A stretch of DNA of 63,308 nt, taken from NCBI GenBank assembly GCA_947167855.1, contig CAMVJR010000001.1:1-63308 (forward strand), read 5' to 3'. The position numbers and the translations under genes are program-made. Of the stretch, positions 28,370-38,091 are shown piece by piece (position 1 is the stretch's first letter; every line of letters starts with the position of its first letter). The DNA is from an uncultured Bacteroidales bacterium. Lineage in GTDB: Bacteria > Bacteroidota > Bacteroidia > Bacteroidales > UBA932. The notes beneath the pieces are model-generated. The model did no database searches. It had not been told where the DNA came from and worked only from the letters and a program-made list of their open reading frames with translations.

Positions 28370-30043
28370 ATGAAACGACTTTTTCTTGTTGCTCTGAGTG
28401 CCGCTCTGGTGGCACTGTCCACTCCTTCTGACGCCTGTACTAACCTCATCGTGGGTAAGAAAGCATCGGCCGACGGAAGCGTCATCTGCACGTACAACTG
28501 CGACGGCTTTGGCTTTGCCTCCAGCCTGTCCTATTCGGCCCCCGGCAAGCACGAACCCGGCGAGATGCTGGCCATCCGCGGCTTCTTCCCCGGTTCCGAG
28601 ACCCATTACATTGCCCAGGCTCCCTACACCTATGCTGTGGTGGGCCTCATGAACGAGAAGCAGGTCTCCATCGTAGAAACCACCTGGGGTGGCCGTCGGG
28701 AGCTTCAGGATCCGGAAGGCTGGCTGGGCTACTTCACCCTCATGGACCTGGCTCTGCAGCGCAGCGCATCGGCCCGTGAAGCCATTGCGGTGATGCATCA
28801 GCTGGTGCAGGAATACGGATACAACGAGACCGGCGAATCCTTTGCCATCTGCGACAAGGAAGAAGCCTGGATCATGGAACTCATCGGAAAGGGTAAAGGC
28901 AACAAGGGCGCCGTCTGGGTGGCCCGTCGCGTACCGGACGACTGCATCAGCGCCTACGCCAACTCCAGCCGCATCCAGCAGTTCCCCCAGGCTAAGAAAA
29001 TAGACAAGAAACTGGGCTTCTACGTGGCCGATAACGGCGACTGCATGTACAGCCCGGACGTAATCTCCTTTGCCCGTGAGCAGGGTTACTTTGACGGAGC
29101 CGACAAGGACTTCAGCTTCCGCGAAGCCTACGGTCCCATGGATTTCAGCAAGATCCGCGCTTGCGAGGCCCGCGTATGGAGCTTCTTCCGCCACCACTAC
29201 GACACCGAGGCCATGGACGCCTTTCTGCCCTTCATCAACGGAGACATGAGCGAGATTGACCACCTGCCGCTTTGGATCAAGCCCGACAAGCCCATCACCT
29301 ACCGCGATATCCAGAACGACATGCGTGACCACTACGAGGGCACGGCCCTGGACATGACGGCCGATATGAGCGCCGGCCCCTGGGCTTCCCCCTACCGCAA
29401 CCAGCCCGTGCGTTTCCAGAGTTCCGACGGCACCGCCATGTTCCGTGAGCGTCCTATCGGCTGCCAGCAGAGTGGTATGACAATGGTCTGCCGCATGCGC
29501 TCCTGGCTCCCCGACGCCGTGGGCGGTATCACCTACTTCAACCTGGACGATGCCACCATGGTGGCCTACGTGCCCGTATACTGTGGCATCAACCGCATCC
29601 CCGATCCCTTCCGGGCCGAGAACAACAGCATCACCGAGTTCAGCTTTGACAGCGCCTTCTGGATGAACAACTGGGTAGCCAACATGATCTATCCCCGCTG
29701 GAGCGCCATGATTGGAGACCTCCTCGAAGCCCAGAAGGAACTGGAAGACTTCTATGAGGCCGATCAGGCCGAAGTGGAGGCCAAGGTAGCCACGCTCACC
29801 CCCGGCGAGACCACGGACTTCCTCACCCGCAAGACCATCGCCTACACGGACCAGATGATGAAACGTTGGGATAAACTGGCCAAGCTCCTCATTGTCAAGC
29901 ACAACGACCAGATCATGCGTCCGTCCAAGGACGGAGAGATTGTCCCGGGACGCCACACCTCCCCTGCCTACTCTCCCGTGTTCATCGATGCCGAGAAGGC
30001 TCTCACCGGAACGCGTTACGTCCAGCCGGAAGTCAAGCGCTAA
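28370..30043 (+). CDS. Peptidase C69 family dipeptidase
   Basis: Signal peptide ending DA-CTNLIVGKKASADGS (Ntn Cys); MNEKQV motif. Confidence 0.93.
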   Translation: MKRLFLVALSAALVALSTPSDACTNLIVGKKASADGSVICTYNCDGFGFASSLSYSAPGKHEPGEMLAIRGFFPGSETHYIAQAPYTYAVVGLMNEKQVSIVETTWGGRRELQDPEGWLGYFTLMDLALQRSASAREAIAVMHQLVQEYGYNETGESFAICDKEEAWIMELIGKGKGNKGAVWVARRVPDDCISAYANSSRIQQFPQAKKIDKKLGFYVADNGDCMYSPDVISFAREQGYFDGADKDFSFREAYGPMDFSKIRACEARVWSFFRHHYDTEAMDAFLPFINGDMSEIDHLPLWIKPDKPITYRDIQNDMRDHYEGTALDMTADMSAGPWASPYRNQPVRFQSSDGTAMFRERPIGCQQSGMTMVCRMRSWLPDAVGGITYFNLDDATMVAYVPVYCGINRIPDPFRAENNSITEFSFDSAFWMNNWVANMIYPRWSAMIGDLLEAQKELEDFYEADQAEVEAKVATLTPGETTDFLTRKTIAYTDQMMKRWDKLAKLLIVKHNDQIMRPSKDGEIVPGRHTSPAYSPVFIDAEKALTGTRYVQPEVKR

Positions 30044-30046
30044 AGA

Positions 30047-31945
30047 CTAGGATTCTTTTCTGGGAATCGTGAGTACAAAGCGGGCACCTACTGTATAGTG
30101 GGTGTCCAACCAGACTTTGCCCCCCAGGCTCTCTGCCATCATCCGGCAGATGCTGAGGCCCAGGCCGGCCCCCTGCTTGTTGCTGTTCAGCTTCACAAAG
30201 CGTTCAAAGATGCGCTCTGCCTTATCGGCCGGTACGCCGGGGCCATGATCCGCCACTGCGAAGGTGATGTAGCCGGGATTCTCTACCAGAGAACTGGTGA
30301 GGACGATATCTCCCTCTGTTGAATTCTTGCAGGCGTTGGTGAGGAAATTAATGAGAATCTGCTGCACACGCATGCCGTCCGTGATATAGCGGGAATCTTC
30401 ATCGATGCCCGACTTTAGGAGAATGCGCGAGCCGGCCGGGAGCCGGCTTTCCACAGCCTTGATGGCCTGCAGGGTCATCTCGTTCAAGTCTGTGGGGGCC
30501 ATTTCCACCGTGTATCGGCCATTCTCCATATCCGAGAGATTGATCATGTCGTTGATCATCATCGTGAGCAGGTGCGAGTTGTTAAGCACGTAGCCCAGGT
30601 ACTCCTCCTTCTCCTCCGGCGCCAGGGTGCCGTCCGGCATGCCCAGCAGCTGCGAAAAACCGATGATGGAGTTCAGGGGCGTCCGGACCTCATGGGTCAT
30701 ATTCTGGATAAAGGCCGATTTCATCTGGTTGGCGTTTTCGGCCAGGTCGCGGGCCCTCTGCATCCGGTGCATACTGCGCACCAGAGTCATGATGATAAAG
30801 CCCATCAGGGCCAGGAAGGATACAATCCCGATCCACATGATCTGCCGCCTATAGAGCTTCCAGAAACTGGTGGGACGGTTGATGACTTCCGCATTCTCCG
30901 GAATACGGGAAGTGGCCAGGCCATAAAGCCGCATGGCGCGGTAGTTCAGGGTAGGATGTCCGGTCTGCAGATACAGGAAGGGCTGCGCAGAGGGCTGTAT
31001 ACCCTTGTCCAGCACGTCCATAATGTATTGTTTCACAGAAGAGTTGTATTCCTCCAGGGGAAAACCATAATAACCCATCAGGTTGGGATGCTTCTCCATA
31101 TTGCTGGGGAACATCGTATAAACCGGCGCAATGGATTCCAGGAGCGAAACCGTATTGTGGCGGGTGGAAACCGTCTCCAGATAGTCCTTTCTAACCAGCC
31201 AGGAACTGAAAAGAACGGCCATATCCGGACCCGACTCCCTCTCCAGAATGGACAGGAGGCGGTCCGTGGAGGTGGTGCTGGACATGATGGGATGGTATTC
31301 AATCTCCGGATGCTGGATCTGCAGATAATCTTCCAGGCGCCACTGCAGCTCCTTGGACATATAGTTTTCTCCGGCCACCAGATAGAGTTTCTTCAGAAGG
31401 GGCTGCACCTGCAGGATCATCTCTACCGTACGCCGGAACATGGGAGGAGCCACGATGAGCGACACGTTGAATCCCCGGTGCTTGAGCGAAGACACAAAGA
31501 CACGACGGGCATTGGGGTCCCCGGGACCGTTGAGGGTGTAGTTGATATCGCAGTAATAGTCCTGTTCTCCCACCAGGAGCAGCGGAATCCCGGGCCAGCG
31601 TTTCTGGATATCTTCGGCATAGGTAAATGAACTGCCGCCCAGCAGCATCACCAGGCGGGGCCGGGCGGGACGGGAGGAGAGAATGCTGTCCACCGTATGC
31701 TGCAGGGCCTTTACATCCTTATGTGAGAGCAACTGCAGGTCTTCTATCACAAAATGAAACTCCGGGCGCAGGCTCTTCAGCTGCACAATGGGATCCATCA
31801 TCATCTGCTCCCACTCGCTGGAAGGCGTATGGGTAGACAGGATAAACAGGTCTTCGGCCTCACCCTTGCCCTGGGCAAACAGGAAACCGGGAGCCAGCAG
31901 GAAAGCCCCCAGGAGCATTCTCTTCATACGATTCATAGCAGCCAT
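30047..31945 (-). CDS. Sensor histidine kinase
   Basis: Signal peptide, periplasmic domain, TM, THEVRTPLN H-box, NFLTNA, DHGPG and GAGLGL. Confidence 0.95.
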   Translation of the reverse strand: MAAMNRMKRMLLGAFLLAPGFLFAQGKGEAEDLFILSTHTPSSEWEQMMMDPIVQLKSLRPEFHFVIEDLQLLSHKDVKALQHTVDSILSSRPARPRLVMLLGGSSFTYAEDIQKRWPGIPLLLVGEQDYYCDINYTLNGPGDPNARRVFVSSLKHRGFNVSLIVAPPMFRRTVEMILQVQPLLKKLYLVAGENYMSKELQWRLEDYLQIQHPEIEYHPIMSSTTSTDRLLSILERESGPDMAVLFSSWLVRKDYLETVSTRHNTVSLLESIAPVYTMFPSNMEKHPNLMGYYGFPLEEYNSSVKQYIMDVLDKGIQPSAQPFLYLQTGHPTLNYRAMRLYGLATSRIPENAEVINRPTSFWKLYRRQIMWIGIVSFLALMGFIIMTLVRSMHRMQRARDLAENANQMKSAFIQNMTHEVRTPLNSIIGFSQLLGMPDGTLAPEEKEEYLGYVLNNSHLLTMMINDMINLSDMENGRYTVEMAPTDLNEMTLQAIKAVESRLPAGSRILLKSGIDEDSRYITDGMRVQQILINFLTNACKNSTEGDIVLTSSLVENPGYITFAVADHGPGVPADKAERIFERFVKLNSNKQGAGLGLSICRMMAESLGGKVWLDTHYTVGARFVLTIPRKES

Positions 31946-31946
31946 T

Positions 31947-33257
31947 CTATTTTCGGGAAGCCCAGACCTTGGGCGTATATCCCGTAATCCGTTTAAAGGT
32001 AGAGTTGAAGGAAGAGGCGCTCTGGAAGCCGGAAGCCCGGGCGATATCCTCCTGGGACTCATCGGCATGCGTGCTCATATACTGCTGGGCATAGTCTACC
32101 CGCATGATGTTGAGCACTTCCGGGAACCCGATTCCATAGGTCTGGTTCACCATCTTGGAGATATAGGTCTTGTTGCTGTCCAGCCTTTCGGCCACATCCT
32201 GCAGGCTAAGGCCCTGGCGCAGGAACAGCAGTTCTTCCTGCATCAGCTGCTGGAAACGGAATACCAGGGTGCCTTCGTCCCAGCTCTGCTTGTTGCTGAA
32301 CAGGGCCGATGTAAGCGAGGGCTTGCTGGCCGAAGGTTTCTCCTCCCCTTCCGTCTGCATCACCATATGGGAGATCACATGCGTGAGGGATTGTCCCTGC
32401 AGGTTGTCCACCATATCCATCACCACCTCTTCCGACACACGGGACTGGTTTTCCCGGGAATAATTGAAGCGGAGGGCCGACCTTACATCTTCCATGGAGA
32501 TGGACTCCTTGGAGCCAAAAAGGGCAAACAGGCCAAAGAGGAACAGGAAGCAAGACATCACCAGCACGATGGCCACCGTAATCACGGGATGCAGCCGATA
32601 GAAGGGAACATACAGGAAAATCTTGACAGAAAAACCCACCAGGATCAGCAGGGAAAGGGTCATCTGGATTTCCAGCACACGGATTTTATGTCCTTTCCGC
32701 AGAAAACCAGTCCAATCCGACAATTTGAAATGTTTCTTTCGGATGAGCTGGACGCAATATACCAGAAGAAAGACGCTTTCAAAAACCATGATACCCCGGA
32801 AAATCATCACCGTCCAGATGAAAAAGGTCTTCTCCAGGCCCACAAAGGTATCATCCGGGAATACCAGGATGCGGGAATGGAGCCTCTCCAGCAGCTGATC
32901 CGTATTGGACAGGCCGTTCAGGCTTACCAGGATGATGCCCGCCGTCAGGAGAACAGCCGGGAAAAGCAACCAGGAAAAATGGATAGGACCGGGCCGAAAA
33001 GGCCTTTCCAGTTTGTTAAAGTAAAGCCAGGTAAGCGGAATGATGGACGGGGCAAAGGTCATGACCACCAGGTGGCTGACGGTATCCGATCCGGTGAGAG
33101 AGCCCAGCAGGACGTCTCCTCCCGCCGCAAAGAATACGGCGCCCATCAGGTACATCAGCAGCTTGTAGGCATCCAGGCGGGACGCCAGGAAGTGATGCAC
33201 CACCATCCAGAAGGCGCATACCAGTCCACAGATGACAAAATAGGGTGTCAGGCTCAT
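31947..33257 (-). CDS. Multi-TM AraC-family regulator
   Basis: About 7 TM at the N-terminus; C-terminal SNKTYIS...SGFQSASSFNSTFKRITGYTP. Confidence 0.92.
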   Translation of the reverse strand: MSLTPYFVICGLVCAFWMVVHHFLASRLDAYKLLMYLMGAVFFAAGGDVLLGSLTGSDTVSHLVVMTFAPSIIPLTWLYFNKLERPFRPGPIHFSWLLFPAVLLTAGIILVSLNGLSNTDQLLERLHSRILVFPDDTFVGLEKTFFIWTVMIFRGIMVFESVFLLVYCVQLIRKKHFKLSDWTGFLRKGHKIRVLEIQMTLSLLILVGFSVKIFLYVPFYRLHPVITVAIVLVMSCFLFLFGLFALFGSKESISMEDVRSALRFNYSRENQSRVSEEVVMDMVDNLQGQSLTHVISHMVMQTEGEEKPSASKPSLTSALFSNKQSWDEGTLVFRFQQLMQEELLFLRQGLSLQDVAERLDSNKTYISKMVNQTYGIGFPEVLNIMRVDYAQQYMSTHADESQEDIARASGFQSASSFNSTFKRITGYTPKVWASRK

Positions 33258-33676
33258 ATCTGTCCTCCTCCCTGAGCGTTCAGCTCTTCATCCACTTTCC
33301 TTTTCTCTTCCATCAGAAGGGTCATGAGCCAGTCGCTCTGCTCCTGGGAGAGGCCCAGGTCCCGGCAGGCGCTGCCATACCGGTTGAGCACGGCCTCCTG
33401 GTAACGGTGGGAAGACATGGATTTGCGAATCTCTTCCTCAATGGTTTCGTGCTCAATCTCGTAGCTTTCCTTGTAGTACTTCCGGTACACCAGTTCCGAG
33501 GTGTACTTGAGACTATAATAAAAAAGACCGGTGGAGAGGACGAATACGCCCACTAAGCCCCAGAGCTGGGGAATTCTCTGGATAAGGGCCAGCATCGACA
33601 GTCCGGCTCCCACGACAAAGAGGAACAGGGCGTGCAGCTCGTGCTTGTGATACTGATACAGGGAGGAAATTTTCAT
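33254..33676 (-). CDS. Hypothetical 2-TM protein
   Basis: Translationally coupled on both sides (ATGA overlaps). Confidence 0.75.
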   Translation of the reverse strand: MKISSLYQYHKHELHALFLFVVGAGLSMLALIQRIPQLWGLVGVFVLSTGLFYYSLKYTSELVYRKYYKESYEIEHETIEEEIRKSMSSHRYQEAVLNRYGSACRDLGLSQEQSDWLMTLLMEEKRKVDEELNAQGGGQI

Positions 33677-34941
33677 ATTGTGTTGTACGTTTTATTCTGT
33701 AGGTACTTGATTTTCAGGGCATTTTCGGCCTCTTTGGCGTTCAGGGCCTGCCGGTATGCGCGGCGGGCCGCCAGAAGGGCATTTTGCTGGGAGCGCATCT
33801 GGTCCAGGTTGTCCTTCACGCGCCACTGGTGGATGAGGACGGCCAGGAAAGCCAGCACAAACATCAGGAGGAAGCCCGACAGCAGAAGGAACTGGTTGCG
33901 GGTTTTCTGGCGCTCGGCCTCTTCCCGCAGGAGGGCGTTGTCCATTTCGGCCTCCAGGATGGCTATATCCTCGTCCTGGATGCGGAGATAGACGGAGTCC
34001 TTTTCTTCCATCAGCTGCAAGAGGCTGTTGTAGGCTTTTGCGTAGGAACCCATATCGGCCTGGATGACGTGCTGCTGCTCCAGGCGGTCCCGGCGGGAAT
34101 CCAGGGCGTTGGATCTCTCCAGCGCTTCCTTGAGCATTCCGCGGGAGCGGAGATAAACCACGTCCAGGATAGCGGGGGCGTTTTTAACCTGGTTGTAACA
34201 GTCCCAAAAGGCCTCCAGGTCTCCCTGCTCGTGGTAAAGGAGGGCGCGGGTCATGAGAACTTTTTCCCGCATGGCGGGGAAGAAATCCTGGTATCGGGCG
34301 GCCTCTGAGCAGGAATGGTGCGCATCTGCGAAGGCGCCCATTTTCATCTGCTCCTGGGCCAGTAAGAGATACAGATTGGGAAGTTCCTGCTCTGCCCGGG
34401 CATCCCGGCAGAAATGCAGGGCCTCTTTGAGGTTATCCGCCGCCTGGGACGCATTGTTTCGGTAGCTTTGGATCAGGCCGATGAGGCGGTAGGAATACAT
34501 ACGTCCCAGCGGATTCCTCTCCTGCATGGCCAGGCGGGACATGGAGCGGGCCTCCAGCACCGCCTGCGAAGTTCGGCCTGCCTGGAGGAGGTATTCTGCA
34601 TACTCATTCAGCGTTACAAAGTAGAATTCCCTCAAGTCTTTTCGGTTGCCCAGCAGGCCCTTGAGCTCTGCGGCTATCACATCCATCCGGTCGTACTCCC
34701 CTTGCGCAAAACGCACGGGCATTTCCAGGGACAGGGCCAGGCACTTGTACCGGAGATTACCATAGCGCACGCCCACCTGGTACAGGGAATCGGCCAGATC
34801 CAGGTTGGCGGGATCGTATTCCTGCATGCGGGCCTGGGCATACCTGAGGAAGGTGGGCTGGTCCACCTTTAGCCGGTTCACAATCTGAGCCCGGGTTCCC
34901 AGGCACAGGAACAGGCACGCGATGAGGAGGATACGGCGCAC
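33673..34941 (-). CDS. TPR-like periplasmic sensor with TM and coiled coil, lacking a kinase domain
   Basis: Signal peptide, helical repeats, one TM, ends ...AENALKIKYLQNKTY. Confidence 0.75.
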   Translation of the reverse strand: MRRILLIACLFLCLGTRAQIVNRLKVDQPTFLRYAQARMQEYDPANLDLADSLYQVGVRYGNLRYKCLALSLEMPVRFAQGEYDRMDVIAAELKGLLGNRKDLREFYFVTLNEYAEYLLQAGRTSQAVLEARSMSRLAMQERNPLGRMYSYRLIGLIQSYRNNASQAADNLKEALHFCRDARAEQELPNLYLLLAQEQMKMGAFADAHHSCSEAARYQDFFPAMREKVLMTRALLYHEQGDLEAFWDCYNQVKNAPAILDVVYLRSRGMLKEALERSNALDSRRDRLEQQHVIQADMGSYAKAYNSLLQLMEEKDSVYLRIQDEDIAILEAEMDNALLREEAERQKTRNQFLLLSGFLLMFVLAFLAVLIHQWRVKDNLDQMRSQQNALLAARRAYRQALNAKEAENALKIKYLQNKTYNTI

Positions 34942-34943
34942 GA

Positions 34944-35366
34944 CTACTGCTTTTTACCGTTCTGATACATGGTAAGCTGCGTAACCACGCTGGAAAGCAG
35001 CCTTTCCATGATGATGGGTTTCATAATATAATCGTTGGCGCCCATGTTGAAGCCCTTGGAGACATCTTCTCCGGAAGTAAGGGCTGTGAGGATGATGATG
35101 CGGATATCGGCCGTTTCCGGATTGGCTTTGAGGCGGCGGATCACTTCAAAGCCGTCTATGCCGGGCATCATCAAATCCAGCAGGATCAGATTGGGCTTGG
35201 AGCGTTCCACCAGGTCCAGGGCCTCCTGGCCGCTGGAAGCGGTATCCAATTGGAAATTGAAACGGGCCAGCATCTTCTTGACCAAAAGAAGATTCAGGGG
35301 AATATCGTCCACTGCCAGTACGCGGCAGGAGGAAAAATCATACTCTTGTGCGTAGATGGGAATCAT
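34944..35366 (-). CDS. Stand-alone response regulator receiver
   Basis: VLAVDD, LLDLMMPGIDG, LTA and DYIMKP; no output domain. Confidence 0.93.
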   Translation of the reverse strand: MIPIYAQEYDFSSCRVLAVDDIPLNLLLVKKMLARFNFQLDTASSGQEALDLVERSKPNLILLDLMMPGIDGFEVIRRLKANPETADIRIIILTALTSGEDVSKGFNMGANDYIMKPIIMERLLSSVVTQLTMYQNGKKQ

Positions 35367-35377
35367 ATTGGGAAGGA

Positions 35378-36463
35378 TCAGAAATCTTGATTACTCTCAT
35401 AAATCTTGGTTTCCCACCCATCAATACTGGCGGAGAAATCGATGGGATGGTAAAGGGAGTTCAGATCCAGGCCGATATGGAAGGTATACTGCTTGCCGGG
35501 CGACATGGTGTTGCCGGGGAGCAGCCCGTAAATCATATATTTGAGAACCTGGTCCTGCATGGGGGCGTATTTTTCTCCTTCGATGGAGAAACCGTCCACG
35601 TCAAAATGCACTTCCACGTACTGGACGCCCATTTCTATCTGGTCCGGCACGGCGTAGAAACGATGGCTGGCTTCCTTGGTGTCTACCAGGGCATCTTTTC
35701 CAACATATTTCTTTCCTTCGTTTCCTACTCCCACCAGGGCATCTCCTTCAAATACGGTTACATCCCGGTAAAAGCCCTGGTAATTCCAGTTGCCACGGCT
35801 GAGGATGATGTCATTCACATAGACGCCGGCCGATGCTACGTGCGTAGCCACCAGCTTGCGCAGATGGATAAGGCCCTGCAGCTGGGGAATGGAGGTAACG
35901 TCGCAGATGCGGAAACCGATATCGTTGGTGATATGGCAGAACTCAAGAGGCAAGGTGTTGAGCAGATTGAAAGAACGCTCCACCGTTTTGGAAACGAGCG
36001 GGCCTGCCTCGGTTTCCGTTAATTCATAGGGAATAGAATAGGATTCGCGGGAATTCTCGTACGATATCGTATTAACGCGCGGATAATAGGCACTGAAAAG
36101 AAGAGGATCCTGAATTTCCAGAAGGCCGCCGTCCAGGAACGTCTCATATTTTCCGTTGTTTCCACTGCTAACAAGAATGTTATCTATTACCAGGGAGCGG
36201 GATTGGGGCTCTATACCTATAAGGGCAAAGGGCTTGGTGACGTCCATGGTGGCTAACATATTGGCAACGGATGCAGAAGAATCTGCCGCCGCACGCGTAG
36301 TTGCCGTGTCATCATCCAATTTTACTCCGTCTCTGAGCACAGAGATGTCAAAACTCAGCTTTAGGGTGCGCGGAGACTCTTCTACAGCCTCATTATGTAA
36401 AGAACTGCAGGAGAACGCCAAAAGCCCAAATACTAAGAATGAACAAGGAGCAATATGTTTCAT
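35378..36463 (-). CDS. Fimbrillin-family (type V pilin) lipoprotein
   Basis: Lipobox AFSC, ATTRA pro-peptide site, FSAYYP, PGKQYTFHI...FSASIDGW. Confidence 0.85.
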   Translation of the reverse strand: MKHIAPCSFLVFGLLAFSCSSLHNEAVEESPRTLKLSFDISVLRDGVKLDDDTATTRAAADSSASVANMLATMDVTKPFALIGIEPQSRSLVIDNILVSSGNNGKYETFLDGGLLEIQDPLLFSAYYPRVNTISYENSRESYSIPYELTETEAGPLVSKTVERSFNLLNTLPLEFCHITNDIGFRICDVTSIPQLQGLIHLRKLVATHVASAGVYVNDIILSRGNWNYQGFYRDVTVFEGDALVGVGNEGKKYVGKDALVDTKEASHRFYAVPDQIEMGVQYVEVHFDVDGFSIEGEKYAPMQDQVLKYMIYGLLPGNTMSPGKQYTFHIGLDLNSLYHPIDFSASIDGWETKIYESNQDF

Positions 36464-36635
36464 AATCCGTATTTACGGGACAAAAGTACACAAATTTTTC
36501 TGAATGAGCAAAAATTATTTTAAAATATTATTAACGAAAATTTCTTTATAAATATATTTATTAAAGGTATAAAACTTATTAAGAATAGTATTTACAAATT
36601 ATATATAAAAACACTAAAGTACTCCTACTGCAACA

Positions 36636-36675
36636 TTATGAAATCAAGTAAGAACAATAATTCTTATGAAATCAA
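36636..36675. promoter_or_regulatory. Tandem 12-bp direct repeat in the AT-rich divergent promoter
   Basis: TTATGAAATCAA at 36636 and 36664; TATTTTTG -7 element at 36744-36751. Confidence 0.5.
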
Positions 36676-36783
36676 ATATCAAGATTCAACAATTTTTGCT
36701 AAAAATAAATATAATAAAAATTTTATTATTCTAGAATAATATCTATTTTTGCGTCAAGAGAGGCTTAAAAATAACAGTTTTCG

Positions 36784-38091
36784 TTGAAACGGAATAATCT
36801 CATTTTGAGGACCGTAGGGCTCCTTTTGATTCTATTTTTCTGCACGAATGCAAACGCGCAGGAACACTTCCGTCTCCATTTTGCCCGTAACGAAAGCGAG
36901 TTTTTCTACACGCTTCTGGACAACGACAAGCATCTGGACTCTCTGGCAAAGGCTGTGAAAGCCATCGGCCCTGAAAATATCCAATCCATCGACGTAACGG
37001 TCTACGCCTCTCCGGAAGGCCCGTACGAATTCAACCAGGATCTCTGCCGTCGCAGGGCAGAAGAATTCCCCAGCGCCGTTCTCCCCTACCTCAAGGGCGC
37101 AGAAGACAAAGTCCACGTAACCGTGGGAGGAGAAGCCTGGGCAGAGCTCCGCAAGCGTGTAGCAGCGGACAAAAAACTCAAACCCGAGTACATTGAGCAG
37201 ATTCTCGCCATTCTGGACGACGATACCATCGACAACGAAACCCGCAAGCTGTACATTGCCACCAAGATCAGCGAGCACAACTACCGCTTCCTCCTGTGGG
37301 AGCATTATCGCCTCCTCCGTTACTACGACATCTTCATCACCGTAAAGCCTCAGAAAACGGAACAGGAAAACCTGCAGGATAAACCCGAGAAGGAGCTTCC
37401 GGCTAAGGAAAACGCTAAGGACACTATCGCCGTAATGGCTGCCCCGGAAGCCGCCTTCCTTCTCACAGAATCTGCAGAAGAAGCTCAGACGGAGCCGAAG
37501 CGGGTATTCATGGCCATCAGCACCAACCTGCCCTACGACATCACCTACATCCCGGGCTACGGCCTCACCAGCATTCCCAGCTTCACGCTGGAAATCATGC
37601 CCCGCAACAGCCGCTGGACCCTGGGAGCCGACGTAGAATGGCCCATGTGGCAGCATCCGGAAAGCCACCGCTACTTCCAGGTGAACAACATCACCCTCTG
37701 GACGCGCCGCTATTTCCGTTCTCCTTCAGAACCCCGCCGCAGCGGCTGGTATCTGATGGGCAACGTGAATGCCGCCCGCTACGGCATCGGCTTTGACGCT
37801 TACAGGGGCTGGGAAGGAGAAGGCCTGGGCGCATCCCTGGGCTTTGGGTACCGCCTGCCCCTGGGACGCTACTGCTTCCTGGATATGGGCCTGGCCGCCG
37901 GCGCCTTCTACAGCGCCTACGATCCCTACGTCTGGGGTAATGACGCCACCAACTGGTATTATTACGACTACTACGGAGATCCGGCCGATTTCAAAAGACG
38001 CAACCAGAGACTCTGGTGGGGCGGTCCCACCCGCGTCTGGCTGTCGTTCGGCTTTGATTTCTGGAAAAAAGACAGGAGGAAGACGAAGTAA
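36784..38091 (+). CDS. OmpA-like / DUF3575 outer-membrane protein of the pilus locus
   Basis: ASPEG..N..L...RA in the N-terminal part; AISTNL...GPTRVWLSF barrel at the C-terminus. Confidence 0.85.
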   Translation: MKRNNLILRTVGLLLILFFCTNANAQEHFRLHFARNESEFFYTLLDNDKHLDSLAKAVKAIGPENIQSIDVTVYASPEGPYEFNQDLCRRRAEEFPSAVLPYLKGAEDKVHVTVGGEAWAELRKRVAADKKLKPEYIEQILAILDDDTIDNETRKLYIATKISEHNYRFLLWEHYRLLRYYDIFITVKPQKTEQENLQDKPEKELPAKENAKDTIAVMAAPEAAFLLTESAEEAQTEPKRVFMAISTNLPYDITYIPGYGLTSIPSFTLEIMPRNSRWTLGADVEWPMWQHPESHRYFQVNNITLWTRRYFRSPSEPRRSGWYLMGNVNAARYGIGFDAYRGWEGEGLGASLGFGYRLPLGRYCFLDMGLAAGAFYSAYDPYVWGNDATNWYYYDYYGDPADFKRRNQRLWWGGPTRVWLSFGFDFWKKDRRKTK

